From: Promethearchaeota archaeon
GTDB taxonomy: Archaea; Asgardarchaeota; Lokiarchaeia; Sigyniarchaeales; SOKP01
Reading direction: 5' to 3'
DNA length: 64,000 nt
Assembly: GCA_016839745.1 (NCBI GenBank)
Contig: JAEOTS010000122.1
Location: 7,572-71,571, forward strand
The notes under the pieces are model-generated. The model worked only from the letters and a program-made list of their open reading frames with translations, made no database searches and was not told the origin of the DNA. Each line of letters opens with the position of its first letter. Position 1 is the first letter of the stretch. The translations under genes were made by a program, and so were the position numbers. Below, piece after piece: positions 59,957 to 64,000 of the stretch.

Positions 59957-60468
59957 GATGAATCATTACCTCCTGTATCTTTTTTATATCTTTTTTCTCG
60001 AATTTTTTCTCGATTGAGAACGAAGTCAAAGAAATCATATCCTTTTAGAAGTATGGTAAGAAAATAGACTCCCATGTAGAGCATTACCATATTTTGAACA
60101 TTTATAGAAACAAAACCGACATTAATTATTTCAAATACTATTTCAAAACGTATTTCAGTAGCTCCACTAAATTTATACGACCATATATATAGACAGTTTA
60201 AAACTATTTGTACTAAAGCGAAAGTTCCTTTTCTTACTGACTGTTTGGGTGATGAATAGTTAAAAAAAGCTGTTGCACTAATAAGAAGTCCGAAAGCAGA
60301 AATCCAAAAAATAATGTTCTCATAATCGTGTTGAGTTAATACAATGTCGACCCCTAAAATTGATAGATTCCTTACCCAAGTAAAAGTGAGAAAAGGAATA
60401 ACCATCGTGGTTACGATATAAACACCCATATAAATAATCCCTTTAATAATGTTGAAAAATCGTCCCAT
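59953..60468 (-). CDS. four-TM integral membrane protein
   Basis: Four hydrophobic segments, basic C-tail, GGTGA SD 5 nt upstream of ATG. Confidence 0.8.
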   Translation of the reverse strand: MGRFFNIIKGIIYMGVYIVTTMVIPFLTFTWVRNLSILGVDIVLTQHDYENIIFWISAFGLLISATAFFNYSSPKQSVRKGTFALVQIVLNCLYIWSYKFSGATEIRFEIVFEIINVGFVSINVQNMVMLYMGVYFLTILLKGYDFFDFVLNREKIREKRYKKDTGGNDSS

Positions 60469-60479
60469 TTAAATCACCC

Positions 60480-61013
60480 TCATGGATAATGCCCCAATGA
60501 TACATTAATTATAGCAACTGTAAAGGTATAGAGATTTAGTGAATAAGAAGCTCTAAATACAAGACCTGCGTAGAAATCTAATCCATAAGCCAAATTCACA
60601 TCAGTAAGCGGTAATGATCCTGAATAACTATAATTCGCTTTGAGAGTTTGTCCTGGTAACACTGAACCATAAGATTGATATATATCAAAAATTTGAATAG
60701 TCTCAGTGGCATTACTATTCGAAATATTTGCGAAAGCCATATCGAGTTGAAATCCTAGAAATATGTTGGATAACTCATATATGCCTCCATTTGAAATATT
60801 AAAAGGAACGATAATTTCTATAGTTGAATTACCAATATCAGGATTAACTATTATAGGTCCATCGGGAACATTAATGTCGTCACTACCGGGATTCAAAATG
60901 GTTACAGCAGACCAACCTCCCAATATAGACACAGCTGATAATGATAGCGTAAAAACCAATAAGAAAGCTCGAACAACCCACCTAAACACTCTAGACGGTC
61001 TCATAATCACCAA
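60480..61013 (-). CDS. N-terminally anchored/exported beta-rich protein (LEA-2/WHy-like)
   Basis: Basic N-terminus plus TM; IIVPFNISNGGIYELSNI resembles the LEA-2 .V.N. motif; several NxS/T sequons. Confidence 0.6.
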   Translation of the reverse strand: MVIMRPSRVFRWVVRAFLLVFTLSLSAVSILGGWSAVTILNPGSDDINVPDGPIIVNPDIGNSTIEIIVPFNISNGGIYELSNIFLGFQLDMAFANISNSNATETIQIFDIYQSYGSVLPGQTLKANYSYSGSLPLTDVNLAYGLDFYAGLVFRASYSLNLYTFTVAIINVSLGHYP

Positions 61014-61313
61014 TCTTTACAAATACTTTTTTATTAGATTTAGTAAGATAACAATAATTAGATAGGCATAAATATAAATTTATGGTCAAGTTTAACAAAA
61101 AAGGGAACTCTTTAAATACAACACGAGCAGTAATTTTAGCTGTTCATGTAAAATAAATTCCACTGCTCCATTTGAAAAGATGTTTTAAACAACCATCAGC
61201 AGTATCATTTTTTTATGAGCTTATATTAACTTATATATAATTTATAACACTATTATTTATCTGAAATACTTAGTTTAATATTTTAATATAAAATTGAAAA
61301 AAATGAAGAAAAA

Positions 61314-64000
61314 ATGACGGAAATAAAACAGATTAGCGCACACTCGGAGAATGTTGACAAAGTTATAGAAGCATTTGGTACTTCAATTCAAAGAGGTTTG
61401 TCTGAAGGGGAAGCACAGGCTAGGCTTGAAAAATATGGGAAGAACGAATTAGTTAAAGAAAAAGGAAAAACTGCTCTTCAAATTTTTATTGGACAATTTA
61501 AAAGCTTCTTAGTCTACTTACTACTTTTTGCAATTGCAATCTCCTTTATAATTGGAATTTGGGAGAGTAGTCAGCCTGGTGCTGAAGAGTGGTCTTCGGA
61601 ATATACAGATGCGATAGTAATTTTAGCGATTTTAATTGTAAACGCAATTTTAGGTTTTTACCAAGAATATCAAGCTGAAAAGTCTATGGAAAGCTTAAAG
61701 AAGCTAGCACCTCATTTTGCTAAGGTTCGCCGAGATGGCAAGGTGATTGAAATTGCAGTAGAAGATGTAGTTCCAGGAGATATTGCTCTTATTGAGGATG
61801 GGGATAAGTTTCCAGCAGATCTAAGATTCATAAAAGAATTCTCTCTCTATGTGGACGAAGCTATTTTGACAGGAGAATCAAAACCTGTTAGAAAACAACT
61901 CGATATCGTAGATGAAAAAATGATTTTGGCCGATAGAACTAATCTTGGATATATGAATACTATAATTACCCGAGGAAATGCAGAGGGCGTTGTAATTGGA
62001 ACGGGAATGAATACTGAAATAGGTAAAATCGCTGAAAGCCTGCAAAAAGAGAAAATAGAACCTAGTCCTTTTCAAGTAGAAGTAAACCGATTTGGGAAGT
62101 TATTAGGGATAATTATCATATTAATTTGTGCGGGTGTATTCATTACAGAAATAATTATAATACTAGCGACAGAGGGTTTAGTATTTTCTCCAACAGAAAT
62201 AGAAGAAATTATTGAAGCACTAAAAATTTCTATAAGTTTAGCGGTGTCGGCGGTTCCAGAGGGTCTTGTCGTTGTTATTACTGTGGTTTTAAGCATAGGA
62301 ATGAAAAAAATGGCTGCAAGAAACGCGTTAGTTAGGAATTTAACAGCTGTAGAAACTCTAGGTCGAGTTAATGTAATTGCATCAGATAAGACAGGTACGC
62401 TCACGAAAAACGAAATGACCGTAGTAAAAATGTATTTAAACGATACTGAGTTGGATGTAGAGGGTGTTGGATATAATTTAACAGGTGAAATTAAAGAAAA
62501 TGGGAATTCCGTTGTTATGAATGCCGATCTTAGACGTTTCTTGGAGATTTGTCTATATTGCAATAACTCTAATGTAAATATTCTCGATCAAAAAACTGGT
62601 GAAGTTAGTGTTGTCGGTGATCCTACCGAAATTTCAATGAAAGTGCTCGCTTTAAAAACAGGTTTAAACGAATCTTTTGAAAAAATAGACGAAATTCCTT
62701 TTGATTCCGATCGGAAAATGATGAGTGTAGTAGGTAGAATTGACGGTAAAACATTTGCGCTAATAAAAGGAGCCCCAGATGTACTGCTGAGGAACGCTTC
62801 TTATATATTGGAAAATGGGGATAGCAGACCAATTAGTTCCGCTAGGGATAAATTATCGAATAAAAATGAGGAGTTTGCTAAAAATGCTTTAAGAGTTCTG
62901 GGAGTGGCTTATAAGGAATTAGAGCCGGGGTATGATCTTAACGAAGTTGAGAAGGATTTTACTTATATAGGTTTAGTAGGAATTATTGATCCTGCCCGCG
63001 ATGAAGTCAAATTAGCAATTCGCGAAGCAAGAATGGCTGGAATTCGCACTATCATGATTACGGGAGATCATAAGATTACTGCTATAGCGATAGCTCACCA
63101 GATTGGTCTAACAGAATCAAATGAAGCTATAACGGGCGTTGATTTAGAAGCCATGGATGACGACGAGCTATTAGAAAGAGTAAAAACTACGGATGTTTTC
63201 GCGAGAGTTACTTCTGAGCATAAACTGAGAATTTTAAAGAAACTAAAAGAACTCGGTTTAATAGTTGCAATGACTGGAGATGGAGTTAATGACGCTCCAG
63301 CTGTAAAAGGAGCTCATGTAGGTGTAGCAATGGGTTTGAAAGGGACGGAGGTTACTCAAGAGGCTTCGGACATGATCCTTATCGACGATAATTACGCTAC
63401 GATCGTAAACGCTATCGAAGAAGGGAGAGGTATTTTTGAGACGACCAAAGGATTCTTCCGCTACATGCTAAGTACGAATTTTGATGAAATATTTCTAATT
63501 TTAGTAGCATATATCTTAATGAAATTATTCGCAACGAGTTTTATTGGAATCCCTGTTGAGCCAATTCAGATTCTCTGGTTAAATATAGCAACAGACGGCA
63601 TCCCAGCAATGGTATTAGGTTTCACACCTACGGATCCCGATGTTATGAAAGCACCTCCGAGAAAAGGATTTACGTTACTTAAGGAAATTAAAGGTCCTGC
63701 ATTGTTTTTAGGCTTGTATACTTCAATCACAGACATTTCGCTTTATATTATTCTTTGGACAGTCCTTATTCCTGCGTGGAGCATAATTGATCCAAATTTA
63801 GCTAATTATGCCGTTGCTGGTCATCCAGATCAAATATATGCCATTAGTCTAGCACAGACGATTTTATTCACAAATTTAGTAATATGCGAGTTACTATTTG
63901 TCTATACATGTACAAGCAATATAAAACCGTTTTACAAATTTCCTAATAAGCATTTATTCTGGGCTACAGGACTTTCACTTGGCTTGCAATTATTAATACT
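61314..64000 (+). CDS. cation-transporting P-type ATPase (type II, Ca2+/Mn2+-like), 3' end outside window; absent from the ORF track
   Basis: MTEIKQISAH...GLSEGEAQARLEKYGKNEL, LTGES, AVPEGL, SDKTGTLT (Asp at 62385, in frame), KGAP, MITGD, MTGDGVNDAPA, QILWLNIATDG. Confidence 0.96.
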   Translation, partial: MTEIKQISAHSENVDKVIEAFGTSIQRGLSEGEAQARLEKYGKNELVKEKGKTALQIFIGQFKSFLVYLLLFAIAISFIIGIWESSQPGAEEWSSEYTDAIVILAILIVNAILGFYQEYQAEKSMESLKKLAPHFAKVRRDGKVIEIAVEDVVPGDIALIEDGDKFPADLRFIKEFSLYVDEAILTGESKPVRKQLDIVDEKMILADRTNLGYMNTIITRGNAEGVVIGTGMNTEIGKIAESLQKEKIEPSPFQVEVNRFGKLLGIIIILICAGVFITEIIIILATEGLVFSPTEIEEIIEALKISISLAVSAVPEGLVVVITVVLSIGMKKMAARNALVRNLTAVETLGRVNVIASDKTGTLTKNEMTVVKMYLNDTELDVEGVGYNLTGEIKENGNSVVMNADLRRFLEICLYCNNSNVNILDQKTGEVSVVGDPTEISMKVLALKTGLNESFEKIDEIPFDSDRKMMSVVGRIDGKTFALIKGAPDVLLRNASYILENGDSRPISSARDKLSNKNEEFAKNALRVLGVAYKELEPGYDLNEVEKDFTYIGLVGIIDPARDEVKLAIREARMAGIRTIMITGDHKITAIAIAHQIGLTESNEAITGVDLEAMDDDELLERVKTTDVFARVTSEHKLRILKKLKELGLIVAMTGDGVNDAPAVKGAHVGVAMGLKGTEVTQEASDMILIDDNYATIVNAIEEGRGIFETTKGFFRYMLSTNFDEIFLILVAYILMKLFATSFIGIPVEPIQILWLNIATDGIPAMVLGFTPTDPDVMKAPPRKGFTLLKEIKGPALFLGLYTSITDISLYIILWTVLIPAWSIIDPNLANYAVAGHPDQIYAISLAQTILFTNLVICELLFVYTCTSNIKPFYKFPNKHLFWATGLSLGLQLLI

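Noticed and set aside
61081-61212. Minus-strand frame with an in-frame TGA (61144-61146) as a possible selenoprotein
   Set aside because: No start codon, no redox motif around the TGA and no recognisable SECIS; at most a decayed fragment.
61081-61313. yybP-ykoY (Mn2+) or fluoride riboswitch ahead of the P-type ATPase
   Set aside because: I could not find the conserved sequence motifs of either riboswitch.
61878-62832. Three minus-strand ORFs (65, 163 and 69 aa)
   Set aside because: They lie antisense to the P-type ATPase, which has all conserved motifs on the + strand.
1-64000. tRNA, rRNA, transposase, integrase or defence-system genes
   Set aside because: No GC-rich structured RNA segments or recognisable transposase, integrase, cas or restriction motifs seen by eye; tRNAscan-SE, Infernal and DefenseFinder would be needed to exclude them formally.

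Overview
AT-rich, gene-dense archaeal chromosomal segment. Its content points to an Asgard archaeon, most likely Lokiarchaeia (inference): an actin-related protein, a Rab-like small GTPase, two longin-like proteins, a JAMM/MPN protein and PCI/winged-helix proteins sit among archaeal housekeeping genes (tRNA splicing endonuclease, PINA ATPase, DUF5814-type helicase, folD, purH, guaB). I found no rRNA, tRNA, CRISPR array or mobile element. About 55 CDS are supported. Four are missing or truncated in the ORF track: a P-type ATPase running off the right end, a 55-aa ORF, and two genes with no in-frame ATG/GTG/TTG at the expected start that appear to begin at ATT behind an AGGTG(A) Shine-Dalgarno site. 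Most notable: (i) an actin-related protein with a ~130-aa double zinc-ribbon insertion; (ii) a SIRT6/7-like sirtuin co-oriented with a CoA-transferase-GNAT fusion; (iii) an SSUH2-like zinc-finger protein upstream of a split DUF4140/DUF4139 gene pair; (iv) a JAMM-TPR protein followed by a tandem C2HC zinc-finger protein, with PCI-like and HEAT/winged-helix proteins nearby; (v) a three-gene membrane operon ending in an acidic heptad-repeat protein. All family calls come from motif recognition by eye and from memory of reference sequences; no database searches were run.
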